Source of the DNA: a virus
Taxonomy: Duplodnaviria; Caudoviricetes
IMG/VR virus record: IMGVR_UViG_3300042542_001939
Span: 1 to 53,564 of that record
DNA: 53,564 bases
Reading direction: 5' to 3' (one strand)
Shown: positions 7,180-15,959 of the stretch, one piece after another
How the letters are laid out: every line of letters begins with the position of its first letter
Numbering within the stretch: position 1 is the first letter of the stretch
Program-made: the position numbers and the translations under genes
The notes under the pieces: generated by a model
The model's database searches: none
Seen by the model: the letters and a program-made list of their open reading frames with translations, nothing else
What the model was told of the DNA's origin: nothing

Positions 7180-8468
7180 TTGTCTAACCTTTGAAAGACT
7201 GCGACATCCATAACATCATCTTTCCCCTCGTTTATTTTTTTATAGCCCATAAATTTTATGGAAGTTTCTCTTGGAAGTAAAACTTCTTTTTCGTTGTCAG
7301 CGGTAGATATATTGTCAAACAAATCTGAAACAGCATTTTTTACATAATCGACTGCTATACCTTTGCCTGTTTTAGATTCACTTGGCAAAATAATTGATGG
7401 TTTGTTGTCCGTTGTTCGAATTATCTGTAAATTTTGTAATACATCTAAACCTTCTTTACTTGTTATATCAACTCTAGTTGTAGACATAAAACCTTTGTCT
7501 GTTAATACATCTCCTTCTTCAAGAGTGTCTAGCACACTTTTATCAAAGACTCGATATAAATTTTTGTCGCCAAAAAGTTCAGGCGCTTCTTCTATAATTT
7601 TATCTATATCAGTGACTCTATTTTCTAGCATTTGACGGAACTGCTGGGCGTTAATGGAATCTTCTTCATTAGGGTTTCTATCAAATCTTCGTAAATAGCC
7701 ATTTATTGCTGCATATCCATCTGCTGTGTAGTCATTCAAACTTCTTACTTCATCGCGAGAAATTCCAACTGGGTCTTTACTTCCATCAGTTTTAATTCCA
7801 TATGTCTCAAAGTATGTGTTTTGGGCGTCCTCACCCTCGGTTTCTTCATTAAAGTTTCCAGTAGCCCAAGAACCATGGGTCTTTTGGTCATGCTGTTGGT
7901 GCTTTTTTACATTGCTCAAACTTTCCCATATTTTTTTTGCCTCATCTTTTGAATTTGGCATTTCGCTTTGTTGTTTCTGCGCACGACTTATTGCCTCCGC
8001 TAAAGTAAATCTTCCAACTTCTTTTAATTTTCCAAATCCTTGAGGACGCACAAAGAATCCTTGATTACCCGACTGGTCGCTGTAAAAATCCGCTTTTGTG
8101 TCCGATAATGGATTTTTAGTCCATGTCAATCCTGTTACATCGTATTCAATAACAGTCTCTCTACCTGTGGCGTAGTCTTGCCAAGTCTCAGGGTCTCCAA
8201 CAAATAATCCTGACTCACTAGATGTACCACCAAGCCTATTTGTTGGTTTGTAATCAGGATTCAACTCAAATTCCTCATCTGCAATATGCCACGCTTTAGG
8301 TCTTAATCCATTTTGTGAAATCGCATTACTAAATTCTTCAAAAGTGTTAAATTGTTTTGCTTGGATTTGTAAGCCTCCAGTAGCCCAACTACCGTGGGAT
8401 GACTGGTCGTGTTCTTGATGTTTGAATACTGGACGAAGCCCAGCCTCAAATTTAATTGTGAGGCTCAT
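7176..8468 (-). CDS. Two-module HDQ-tagged protein: N-terminal ART-like domain plus C-terminal R-S-E ADP-ribosyltransferase
   Basis: C-terminal YAAINGYLR, LYRV, DKGFMSTT, EKEVLLPR; N-terminal module AWH...GLFV...DYA. Confidence 0.82.
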   Translation of the reverse strand: MSLTIKFEAGLRPVFKHQEHDQSSHGSWATGGLQIQAKQFNTFEEFSNAISQNGLRPKAWHIADEEFELNPDYKPTNRLGGTSSESGLFVGDPETWQDYATGRETVIEYDVTGLTWTKNPLSDTKADFYSDQSGNQGFFVRPQGFGKLKEVGRFTLAEAISRAQKQQSEMPNSKDEAKKIWESLSNVKKHQQHDQKTHGSWATGNFNEETEGEDAQNTYFETYGIKTDGSKDPVGISRDEVRSLNDYTADGYAAINGYLRRFDRNPNEEDSINAQQFRQMLENRVTDIDKIIEEAPELFGDKNLYRVFDKSVLDTLEEGDVLTDKGFMSTTRVDITSKEGLDVLQNLQIIRTTDNKPSIILPSESKTGKGIAVDYVKNAVSDLFDNISTADNEKEVLLPRETSIKFMGYKKINEGKDDVMDVAVFQRLDK

Positions 8469-9469
8469 AATTTTCGCTCAGGAGGAAGAATCACCATTGT
8501 GCATCGGCAATTAGGGTGGACGATAGGAGCCTCAAGCCCGATAGAGAACAAACCATTCCAAGGAACGATTTCACCATCAAGGGGTGCGCAAATCTCGCAG
8601 GTGCGCTCATCAAGGGCTGTAACCCACATCTTTAAGGCACTAGGGTCTACAAACCCTGCTTTGTCAGCCTGTTTCCATCCTTCATAGCGTCCTTGATTTT
8701 GTGCAATCTGAATCTCCGTGCGAGCAATCATCACCGCTCTTTTACTTTGCAACTGGTCTGCATAAGCCGATGCACGAGTTTGAGAATTGCGTCGGGCTGT
8801 AGATTCTTTCTGACCTAATTTCATAAGCCGTGCCATCTCACGCTTTTCAAATTTAATGACCGCATCTGCCCACTTTGGATGAAGCCCAACAATATTCTTG
8901 ATGCGCTTTGCTGTTGCTCGCACATCCAACTGCTCATTGAAAGCATCGACAATAATTCTGCGCACTGCGATGCGTGTTAATTCGTCAATGCTTTGAATCA
9001 ACTGTCCAGCACGACTAGCGGCAAAGGCTAAAGAATCAGGGTTTGTCTTGTTAAAAGATAAATTAAATGTTGCCGTTGGAGGTGTAGGTCTTGCCCACGC
9101 TGGGATATTTGTAAAGTCCATGTTTGCCATCGGTGATTTGTTTGTAATCTTCACAGGCTTAGGTAAAAACGCAGGTAAGGCTAACTTTGGTGCAATAGAT
9201 TGAATTTGTTGTACTGCCTCTTTGCCACCGATGTCGATTGACTCTAAGAGTGCGGTTTCAATAGATTTACGATTACCGCCGACTGTAATTGCATTGAGTA
9301 AACGATTAAGTGAATCAGGGTCAAGGCGCGAGATGATACGAGCCAACTCTTCAACTTTGATTGTATTCGTAGCCTTACGAATAGCATCATAGAGAACTCT
9401 TGCGAGCGCTACTTCTTCTGCCGTTAAAGGGTTACGACGGTTACCGTCCCTGCCGAAAAAGATTGGCAT
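8465..9469 (-). CDS. Head morphogenesis protein (MuF / SPP1 gp7 family)
   Basis: IARTE...KMWVTALDERTCEICAPLDG...HPNCRC; directly follows the portal. Confidence 0.92.
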   Translation of the reverse strand: MPIFFGRDGNRRNPLTAEEVALARVLYDAIRKATNTIKVEELARIISRLDPDSLNRLLNAITVGGNRKSIETALLESIDIGGKEAVQQIQSIAPKLALPAFLPKPVKITNKSPMANMDFTNIPAWARPTPPTATFNLSFNKTNPDSLAFAASRAGQLIQSIDELTRIAVRRIIVDAFNEQLDVRATAKRIKNIVGLHPKWADAVIKFEKREMARLMKLGQKESTARRNSQTRASAYADQLQSKRAVMIARTEIQIAQNQGRYEGWKQADKAGFVDPSALKMWVTALDERTCEICAPLDGEIVPWNGLFSIGLEAPIVHPNCRCTMVILPPERKL

Positions 9470-9473
9470 GGTA

Positions 9474-10892
9474 TTAGTCCGTATCGCCGTCTAGCGGTTC
9501 GGCTCCTTCGGGACTTTCTAACTCATCTAAAGTAGAGGTCTCTTCTTCTTCAGGTGTCTCTTGCAAATTACCTTCAGGCATAGGAGGCATACCAAAGTTT
9601 GCTCCATCGTGTTCGGCTGGTGGTAATCCACTCAACTCACGAAGGTAATCTTCAAGGTTAGGGTCAGGCATCAATACACCTGCTCCAGCCAACTTGCTTA
9701 CAAAGTCTGCAATCTCAGTCAAATCAACATGGCTTACTTCACCATATGTTAGGTAGGGAGCGCGTGATGCGTCCATGCCATTTAACTTTAATAAACGAGG
9801 AATCGCGTATTGATTCATTACTTCTGCGATATTTTTTGCAATCGAATCAACTGACATTGACCATAAATCCATCTTGGATGTACCTAGGGCATATGAGCCA
9901 ACTCTGTCTGAACCAAGAAGAATAAAGTCAGAAAGAATCGACATTGCCATTCTTTGGTCGTAGCGTTGAATAATCTTGTCTGTATCGAACTGGCGTGAGC
10001 CACCTGATGACATTAACTGAAGGTCAAATAATTTATGTCCTGCATCATCGTAAATGGCTGGCATAACAATGCCTTCTTGCTCATTACGCTTAATAGATGT
10101 AACAATTTGTTGAATAGATGCAAGAACTGATGCTTGCTCAGGTGTTGCCGCTGAAGATAGGTACTCAGGTGGTACAAAGGCAACTGGCAGACCTGCTAGG
10201 TCGCGCTCGATACCAATGGCTTCAATCTCTTCAATGCGTCGCTTAAAGTAATAAGGGCGGTATGCGTTACGAAGAATGGAGCGACCTTCAGGGTTATTCT
10301 TTTGTGATGATGTTCGAAATAGTAAAGCCTTCTCAATTGGAATCTCATGGAAGCCACCCGTTGCTGGGTCTACTTGCTGGAAACCTTGGATACCGCCTTC
10401 TTCATCAAACATCCACTGGTAATAAGTCTCTTGCGCACGAATAGGCATCTTGCGCCATCCGATTTTGCCATCATCAAACTTAGATTTTGTTTTGTTATCG
10501 CGTGTATCTCCACCGCGTTTTTTGTAAACAATCTCGTGATATGAATAACCAAAGATAAGCATAGAAAGAATCTGAGACAAAGTTGAATCCCATGAATCGG
10601 ACATATCGTGCAAACAAGATTCTACGAACTCTGCTGTTTCTTTATCTTGAGGATTTACTTCACCGTCTGCTGAATTATCTGAATATGGGTCTACACGCCA
10701 TTCAAGACGAGTAATAACTTTCTCAATAGCAAAAAGCATTGAACCGATAGTTGGGTCATTGTCTGACATCTCACGATAAACGCGAGCGCCACGAACTCCA
10801 CGGAGAACGGTAAGGAACTCTTCGTAGACCGTTCCACCTGTACGGCGTAAACCCGTAGAACCTAGTTCTTCGAGGTTAAGTTTTTCTGCCAT
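9474..10892 (-). CDS. Portal protein (Mu gp29/DUF935-like)
   Basis: NPEGRSILR, GIERDLAGLP, GSYALG motifs; 472 aa; upstream of MuF. Confidence 0.9.
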   Translation of the reverse strand: MAEKLNLEELGSTGLRRTGGTVYEEFLTVLRGVRGARVYREMSDNDPTIGSMLFAIEKVITRLEWRVDPYSDNSADGEVNPQDKETAEFVESCLHDMSDSWDSTLSQILSMLIFGYSYHEIVYKKRGGDTRDNKTKSKFDDGKIGWRKMPIRAQETYYQWMFDEEGGIQGFQQVDPATGGFHEIPIEKALLFRTSSQKNNPEGRSILRNAYRPYYFKRRIEEIEAIGIERDLAGLPVAFVPPEYLSSAATPEQASVLASIQQIVTSIKRNEQEGIVMPAIYDDAGHKLFDLQLMSSGGSRQFDTDKIIQRYDQRMAMSILSDFILLGSDRVGSYALGTSKMDLWSMSVDSIAKNIAEVMNQYAIPRLLKLNGMDASRAPYLTYGEVSHVDLTEIADFVSKLAGAGVLMPDPNLEDYLRELSGLPPAEHDGANFGMPPMPEGNLQETPEEEETSTLDELESPEGAEPLDGDTD

Positions 10893-10905
10893 GTCTGCCT
10901 CTCAA

Positions 10906-11061
10906 CTACTCTTTGCTGGCTAATCCAACGACAATTTTTATTGCCTGTTCTTCATCAAACCCAGCCCTTTGCAACTCCATGAATAGTTCATGTGACTGCA
11001 CGGCAAAGACTCCAAGAACAGAAATAACGCCATCGCCACTAGAGGTAAAGTCGTTATACAC
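10906..11061 (-). CDS. Small hypothetical protein (51 aa), not in the ORF track
   Basis: GTG start; ...HELFMELQRAGFDEEQAIKIVVGLASKE; fills the gap before the portal. Confidence 0.6.
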   Translation of the reverse strand: MYNDFTSSGDGVISVLGVFAVQSHELFMELQRAGFDEEQAIKIVVGLASKE

Positions 11062-11093
11062 CTCACGATTATAGCGTGAAGTAAATTTAGCCC

Positions 11094-11393
11094 TTAGTAG
11101 CCGTCGAGGACAATCTCAAAACAATTTAGACGAAATGTTGCAAGGTCCATTGCAAACTTTTGCGCTAAAACTTTTGTGCCAGCCTGTGCGTATTCACGGT
11201 CCTCAAGTAATCCGCCAACTTGGTCAAAACGCTTAAAGATGACCTTGAAAGGCAATTCTTGTTCGCTAGTGGTCATGTGTACTTCTACATATTCCTTTGG
11301 AGCAATCTCCATTGAAACAAACGGGCGACCATCAGGTGAGACAACTGTTTTCGCGTTAGGAAGTTCCTTAACGAAAAAATCTGTCCATGCCAT
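11094..11393 (-). CDS. Hypothetical protein
   Basis: 99-aa ORF with purine-rich RBS (GAAGGGGG) and an upstream promoter motif. Confidence 0.65.
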   Translation of the reverse strand: MAWTDFFVKELPNAKTVVSPDGRPFVSMEIAPKEYVEVHMTTSEQELPFKVIFKRFDQVGGLLEDREYAQAGTKVLAQKFAMDLATFRLNCFEIVLDGY

Positions 11394-11441
11394 TTACTTA
11401 CCCCCTTCAGAGTATTTACAACCCCTAGCATACAACATGGG

Positions 11442-11885
11442 TTAGAAAGGTGGCGCATCCTGAGAAAGTGGGACACTCCATGGGTCGAACTGAGATACCG
11501 CTGGAGGGTTGTAAGAGGCATCTGAGCGCTCTGTGACTGAAACGCTGTAATTGTGGCGCTTGAGGTCAGCACCGACATTCCATGCTGTGACCGTAATTTT
11601 TGAGCGCTTAGCCCCTGTGTTTTTATCTTCCCATGATTCTTGAACTGCTGTTCCTGAGACGATTACTGAAACACCTTTGCGAAGTGAATCGGCAACATTT
11701 TCTGCCGTCTTACCCCATGCCTTGATGTCCCAAAAAGTTGTATCTGTATTTTCCCAAGTTCCATCGGGTTTCTTCGATGACTTTGATGAAACTACTGTAA
11801 AGGTTGCTAGTGCTTTTGCGTTCTGAGTGAACTTTAGTTCAGGGTCAGCAACTAGGTTTCCTGTGATTGTGATTGGTGCGCTCAT
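11442..11885 (-). CDS. ssb: Single-stranded DNA-binding protein
   Basis: ITITGNLVADPELKFT...AENVADSLRKG...DPW...PPF. Start moved to ATG 11885 (ATGA overlap). Confidence 0.95.
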   Translation of the reverse strand: MSAPITITGNLVADPELKFTQNAKALATFTVVSSKSSKKPDGTWENTDTTFWDIKAWGKTAENVADSLRKGVSVIVSGTAVQESWEDKNTGAKRSKITVTAWNVGADLKRHNYSVSVTERSDASYNPPAVSQFDPWSVPLSQDAPPF

Positions 11886-12157
11886 CGTTTGTGCCTCTCG
11901 TTCGTCATTGGTTTGGCTATTATGTTTAGTTTTATTCTCATTCTGCTTCGTTCTTTTGGTGTTGTTCCGCTCCATATGCCTTGAACTTGATAATGTAACG
12001 CATAGGTCAGACAATCTTGTTTGACTATGCACCCGCTACAAATCTTTTTAGCCTGACGATTTTCTTCCGTTAAAATGTTTTTCTCGGGAAAAAAATAATC
12101 AGTATCAATCCCCCAGCAACTCGCTCCCACAAATTCCCACGGCATCTTCAATTTCAT
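11882..12157 (-). CDS. whiB: WhiB-family Fe-S transcription factor
   Basis: C...FFPE...AKKICSGCIVKQDCL..AL...GIWSGTT..ER. Confidence 0.92.
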   Translation of the reverse strand: MKLKMPWEFVGASCWGIDTDYFFPEKNILTEENRQAKKICSGCIVKQDCLTYALHYQVQGIWSGTTPKERSRMRIKLNIIAKPMTNERHKR

Positions 12158-12413
12158 CGTCTCCTACTGTAAGGCTGTTAGGGAAAGCATGGCTTAACTT
12201 AGCCAAAACTCTTCCATTACGCCATATTTTTCCTCCACAAACTCCATCAAAATAGTTTGCTCTTGGCAATACCCATTCATCGCACTCTTTCCAAAATGGA
12301 CAAGACTTACAAATTTCTAGCGCTGGTCGAGCAAGGTCAATTTGATGTTGGTCAAAAAGCCAAGGGTCTAAATTGCGACAAGGCGCTTCATCAAGAAAAG
12401 AGATTAAACTCAT
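12105..12413 (-). CDS. whiB: Second, divergent WhiB-family protein
   Basis: APCRNLDPWLF...ICKSCPFWKEC...GVCGG; four Cys in WhiB spacing. Confidence 0.75.
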   Translation of the reverse strand: MSLISFLDEAPCRNLDPWLFDQHQIDLARPALEICKSCPFWKECDEWVLPRANYFDGVCGGKIWRNGRVLAKLSHAFPNSLTVGDDEIEDAVGICGSELLGD

Positions 12414-12523
12414 GTTGTAATTGTGTCAGAAAACTTGTCTAATCTTGTGATTGAGAGTTTCTGCGTGTCGGTTCCCCAAAACGCTCTTCTAATAATTTTT
12501 TTAGAAGTTCTAATCTTTCTTTT

Positions 12524-12793
12524 TCAATCTTCTGATTCGTCAGAATTGTCTGCGAGTCCGATGTCATCATCACCTTCCCATGTGTCGAGTGCGTGATGTA
12601 CTAAACCTTTAAGTCGCCAATCAGGATTTTCGTCATCGGCAAGTGTTAGCGTCCAATATTCTTTATCGCCTTCGCCCATCCATTCAGATACTAAAACCCA
12701 ACCTGTACAAATTGCAGGGTCCAAAAAGGCGATGCGCCCCAGTTCTGCGAGCGCATCGTCAATTATTGAAGGTCTTTTACTTGCCTCACTCAT
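12524..12793 (-). CDS. Hypothetical protein
   Basis: 89-aa ORF, TGWVLVSEW...PDWRLKGLV. Confidence 0.65.
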   Translation of the reverse strand: MSEASKRPSIIDDALAELGRIAFLDPAICTGWVLVSEWMGEGDKEYWTLTLADDENPDWRLKGLVHHALDTWEGDDDIGLADNSDESED

Positions 12794-12802
12794 AGGGTGA
12801 GG

Positions 12803-13264
12803 TTAATACCAAAAGTTTCTTTCCCAAAAGCGCCACGCCGAGCAAGGTGACCCGTAACGAGATTCGAGATAAATCAATCCTCGTTCAATTTGGCGTTCTA
12901 CTGATGTATCAGGGTCTAGTCCAAGAATCTGCGGGATTCCTCCAGCATGAAGTTTTTCTTTTCCTTGATACACGGGTTGTTTGTTGTAAGCATTGGGACG
13001 CCAATTTGACTCTTTAGTCCACAAATCAATCAAACATTCCCATTGAGCAGGAGATGACCAACCGTATTGAGCGACTTGAGTTTTGGCGTATGCCTTGGCT
13101 GCTTCAGGGGTGCGCTCTACTAATACGGGCGCTTCCACGACTACTTCTTCAACCGCCTGAGCAACTGGGTCAGGTGGAATGTGGAAAGGATTTAATAAGA
13201 TGAATCCAAGTACGAAAATTCCTACTGGAATCGGTTTAGATAGAACTTTTTCATAGAATCGCAT
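12803..13264 (-). CDS. Membrane-anchored lytic transglycosylase (SLT-like)
   Basis: N-terminal TM; CLIDLWTKESNW, AGGIPQ, QIERGLIYLESRYGSPC; GGAGG RBS. Confidence 0.85.
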   Translation of the reverse strand: MRFYEKVLSKPIPVGIFVLGFILLNPFHIPPDPVAQAVEEVVVEAPVLVERTPEAAKAYAKTQVAQYGWSSPAQWECLIDLWTKESNWRPNAYNKQPVYQGKEKLHAGGIPQILGLDPDTSVERQIERGLIYLESRYGSPCSAWRFWERNFWY

Positions 13265-13545
13265 AATCCTCCATAGTTCGGAGCAAACTCTTTGTCGCTA
13301 CTGGATGTAGCGCTTCAATGTTGTCGGTATCTGACCGACCTCGCTTTTGAGGTGTAGGTGTTTTGCGAACCTGCATTAAAGGTATCAGACTCGGCTGAAC
13401 AGATGTCAAGGACATTTATTAACTCATGTTAGGCGTTCGGTGGCGGAGCAGATAAGTCACGCTAGAGAGAGGACGGACGCGCAACAAAGCATCAACGCCA
13501 CCGAACTATGGGTACCCGTAATGAATGGTACCTCATACCTATAGA

Positions 13546-13582
13546 TTCACCCGCCAGCGAAAGGTCAAGACTGGCGGGTGAA
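13546..13582. terminator. 12-bp GC-rich hairpin downstream of gene 13590-14000
   Basis: TTCACCCGCCAG-13 nt loop-CTGGCGGGTGAA; U-tract weak. Confidence 0.55.
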
Positions 13583-13589
13583 CTCTTAT

Positions 13590-14000
13590 TTAGTCTAGGC
13601 GACTTCCAGCGTAAGCAGTGATTCCGTACTTATTTAGTACTTCAGCAAATGCTCCAGCAAACGCGCTCTTTCGGTCTACGCTTTGTCCGAATTCTTGAAC
13701 CCAAATCTCATAACCGCCGTAGTAAGCCTTACTACCGACATCACGGGACTTTAAGTAATTCACGAAAGCACCTCGGGCTGGAGAAATGTTTACCCAAGCG
13801 AATCCGCACAATCCATCAAGGACATAAGTTGGCTTTGAATAATCAATGTCGTTTCCTAGTGGAGTAGTTGGTTCTCCAACTACAAACTTTGGAACTCCGA
13901 CTGAATTGCCAGCCTTGAGACCAGCCTCATATGCTTCAACATAAATGTTGTGGCATTGATTCTTTGTTAAAACCTTTTTCTTTTCTGTCGTTTGAGTCAT
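13590..14000 (-). CDS. Conserved phage hypothetical protein
   Basis: CGFAWV...QSVDRKSAFAGAFA pattern; RBS GAGGGGG. Confidence 0.7.
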   Translation of the reverse strand: MTQTTEKKKVLTKNQCHNIYVEAYEAGLKAGNSVGVPKFVVGEPTTPLGNDIDYSKPTYVLDGLCGFAWVNISPARGAFVNYLKSRDVGSKAYYGGYEIWVQEFGQSVDRKSAFAGAFAEVLNKYGITAYAGSRLD

Positions 14001-14122
14001 TACTTTGCCCCCTCTTGGTTTTTAATTTGTTGTTCTTGGCACTCTCCATAAAGTTTGTGATTTGTCTGACGGTTGATTACATAGGTTCCACACTCTTTGC
14101 AGATTGCTGCGTATCTTTCCAT
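14000..14122 (-). CDS. Small CxxC protein (40 aa), not in the ORF track
   Basis: MERYAAICKECGTYVINRQTNHKLYGEC...; RBS AGAGAGGGG; TAATG coupling to the next gene. Confidence 0.6.
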   Translation of the reverse strand: MERYAAICKECGTYVINRQTNHKLYGECQEQQIKNQEGAK

Positions 14123-14602
14123 TTTGTTCCCCTCTCTAGGTTACAAAGAGAATATACACTACTGGGGTTTAGTAAACAAATCTATTCGAGCCTTGCGCCT
14201 AGCGTGTCTTTTGTCGGACTCTTCCGCTAACACCTTATTGAACTGCGCTCGCCGAATTGCCCTCAAGGAGCCTTCTGAGACCCGTAGAGGCTCTTTCTTG
14301 AGTAGGCGTGATAACAGACTCATTAAAACCACCGCCCAGTCTCTATTGACCCCACAATGCCGAATATAAGCAATAACCCGATGGCTATGAGTGAACCCTC
14401 GAAATTTTCTGCCCAGCGTCGTCCCTTGGCAGATAGACGAATTCCCTTGGTGGCTAATCTCTCTTCTATCATTACGCGCTCCTATCTTTGATTGGTCGAA
14501 CTATTCCGTATTGCTCCATTGAAGCATCAACTTCGCACTTGAAGCAATAGGTTTTTCCTTTAATCATGGTTAGGCGATATTCGCCACCGCATATTAAACA
14601 TT

Positions 14603-15070
14603 TCATGCTGTCCTCTTTTCTGCTTGTTTTTTCATCTTAGTTATTGCGGCGTACTCTTTGTAATCTTTAATTGGGTCTATATCGTCTCGAATCCAGTCAC
14701 CTGAATTAACGGGATTGGCTTGAAAATCTGAAGTTAAATAAATCTCGTAATGCAAAGAATCACCTAACCACTCACAAGCATTTTCTAACCATTCAGGTGC
14801 ATCATCTTCGTATTTAGCAGGTACGCTCTCTACGAATTGTCTAGCAGTTAAATCTATGATTGTTCCTGATGGTGTGTAACTGTAAATAAATCTCTCGCCA
14901 TTTTCTTCGCCAATATCTGTGTAAACAGCCCAATGCTCTCTACCGCTGTACTCATAACCAGTAACTCTGATTAAACCAAGGTTATGTTTTTTGGCATAAG
15001 CACTTGATTGAATGAGGCATTGACCTAGCGCTTTAACTGGGTCTGTAATTCCCTTACTCATCAATTTCAT
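14603..15070 (-). CDS. Putative papain/transglutaminase-fold protein
   Basis: GQC...EHWAVY...IIDLTARQF gives a Cys-His-Asp order. Confidence 0.5.
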   Translation of the reverse strand: MKLMSKGITDPVKALGQCLIQSSAYAKKHNLGLIRVTGYEYSGREHWAVYTDIGEENGERFIYSYTPSGTIIDLTARQFVESVPAKYEDDAPEWLENACEWLGDSLHYEIYLTSDFQANPVNSGDWIRDDIDPIKDYKEYAAITKMKKQAEKRTA

Positions 15071-15855
15071 CGATTCCCCCTCTTCTTGTACTTATTTTCC
15101 AAGATTTTCAACTGCTGGTCAAATGAAACGCCGTACTTCTCTGCAAGATTTTGGCAGATGATTTCATTGACCTGCTTTTTAGATTCCTGTGATTCAGGGT
15201 TATTTGAATTCAAAATCCAGTATTGATTGTTAAGCCATTCGGTAACCGCTGTTCTTTCTGTCTTGATTACCTCTGTGTACTTACCTTTTTTGAAGTAAAG
15301 AAACTCACCGCTCTTTGTTGGAGCGTTGGCTTTTTCCTTAGCGATTCGTGCAGCCTTTTTTGCATCTCTCTCAGCCTTGGCTTGAGCCTTAGCAATTTTG
15401 TCCGCTGTAACAATTCTTGATGGACGATTTAAGACCTCGGCTGGAGCGCTTGGGTAACAGATTGTGCAAGCATCTTGACCAGCATCCTCAACGATTGTGT
15501 TCTCATCGTCATTGCTGTACTGGATTAACCAGTTGTAACGGGTTGTATCAAAACAGGTATTGCAATCCATTGAACTGTGAACATGCCCATTGCTGTTGAT
15601 TACCAAGAAGGCTCTTGTCCAAGGGTCTTGGTCGTAGATTGCATCTAACTTATTTATCTCGGATTGAATCGCCACTCTTTGCTTTTTTAATTCAGCAATC
15701 TTGTTTTGGATTTCTTCAACACGGCTTGGATAATGCTTCTCATAAAATGAGATTGAATCTTCTGCATCCAAAATTTTGCTAGTAACTGCCCAGCGCTTAT
15801 CGTGCCAAGATGACAACTCAGTATCAATCTTGACTGCGAACTCTTTGGTGACCAT
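15067..15855 (-). CDS. Hypothetical protein with a Cys/His metal-binding cluster
   Basis: GHVHSSMDCNTC...ACTICYPSAP; RBS GAGAGGAG. Confidence 0.7.
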   Translation of the reverse strand: MVTKEFAVKIDTELSSWHDKRWAVTSKILDAEDSISFYEKHYPSRVEEIQNKIAELKKQRVAIQSEINKLDAIYDQDPWTRAFLVINSNGHVHSSMDCNTCFDTTRYNWLIQYSNDDENTIVEDAGQDACTICYPSAPAEVLNRPSRIVTADKIAKAQAKAERDAKKAARIAKEKANAPTKSGEFLYFKKGKYTEVIKTERTAVTEWLNNQYWILNSNNPESQESKKQVNEIICQNLAEKYGVSFDQQLKILENKYKKRGNR

Positions 15856-15959
15856 TGCATCTCCTCTCGTATTTACAACCCCAGTTTAGCATAGATTCTC
15901 AAATTGGTACAATACGAGTCTGTCGTGTCCTTTGTGACCTCGGTTCAAAGGGTCGAAAA

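Noticed and set aside
2749-8423. HDQ repeats as a CRISPR array or DNA-level repeat
   Set aside because: Spacing is irregular (hundreds to thousands of bp), the copies are in frame, and they vary at synonymous sites.
13275-13582. tRNA or c-di-AMP riboswitch in the structured intergenic region
   Set aside because: No cloverleaf with T-loop and no riboswitch consensus recognised by eye; a covariance-model search is still needed.
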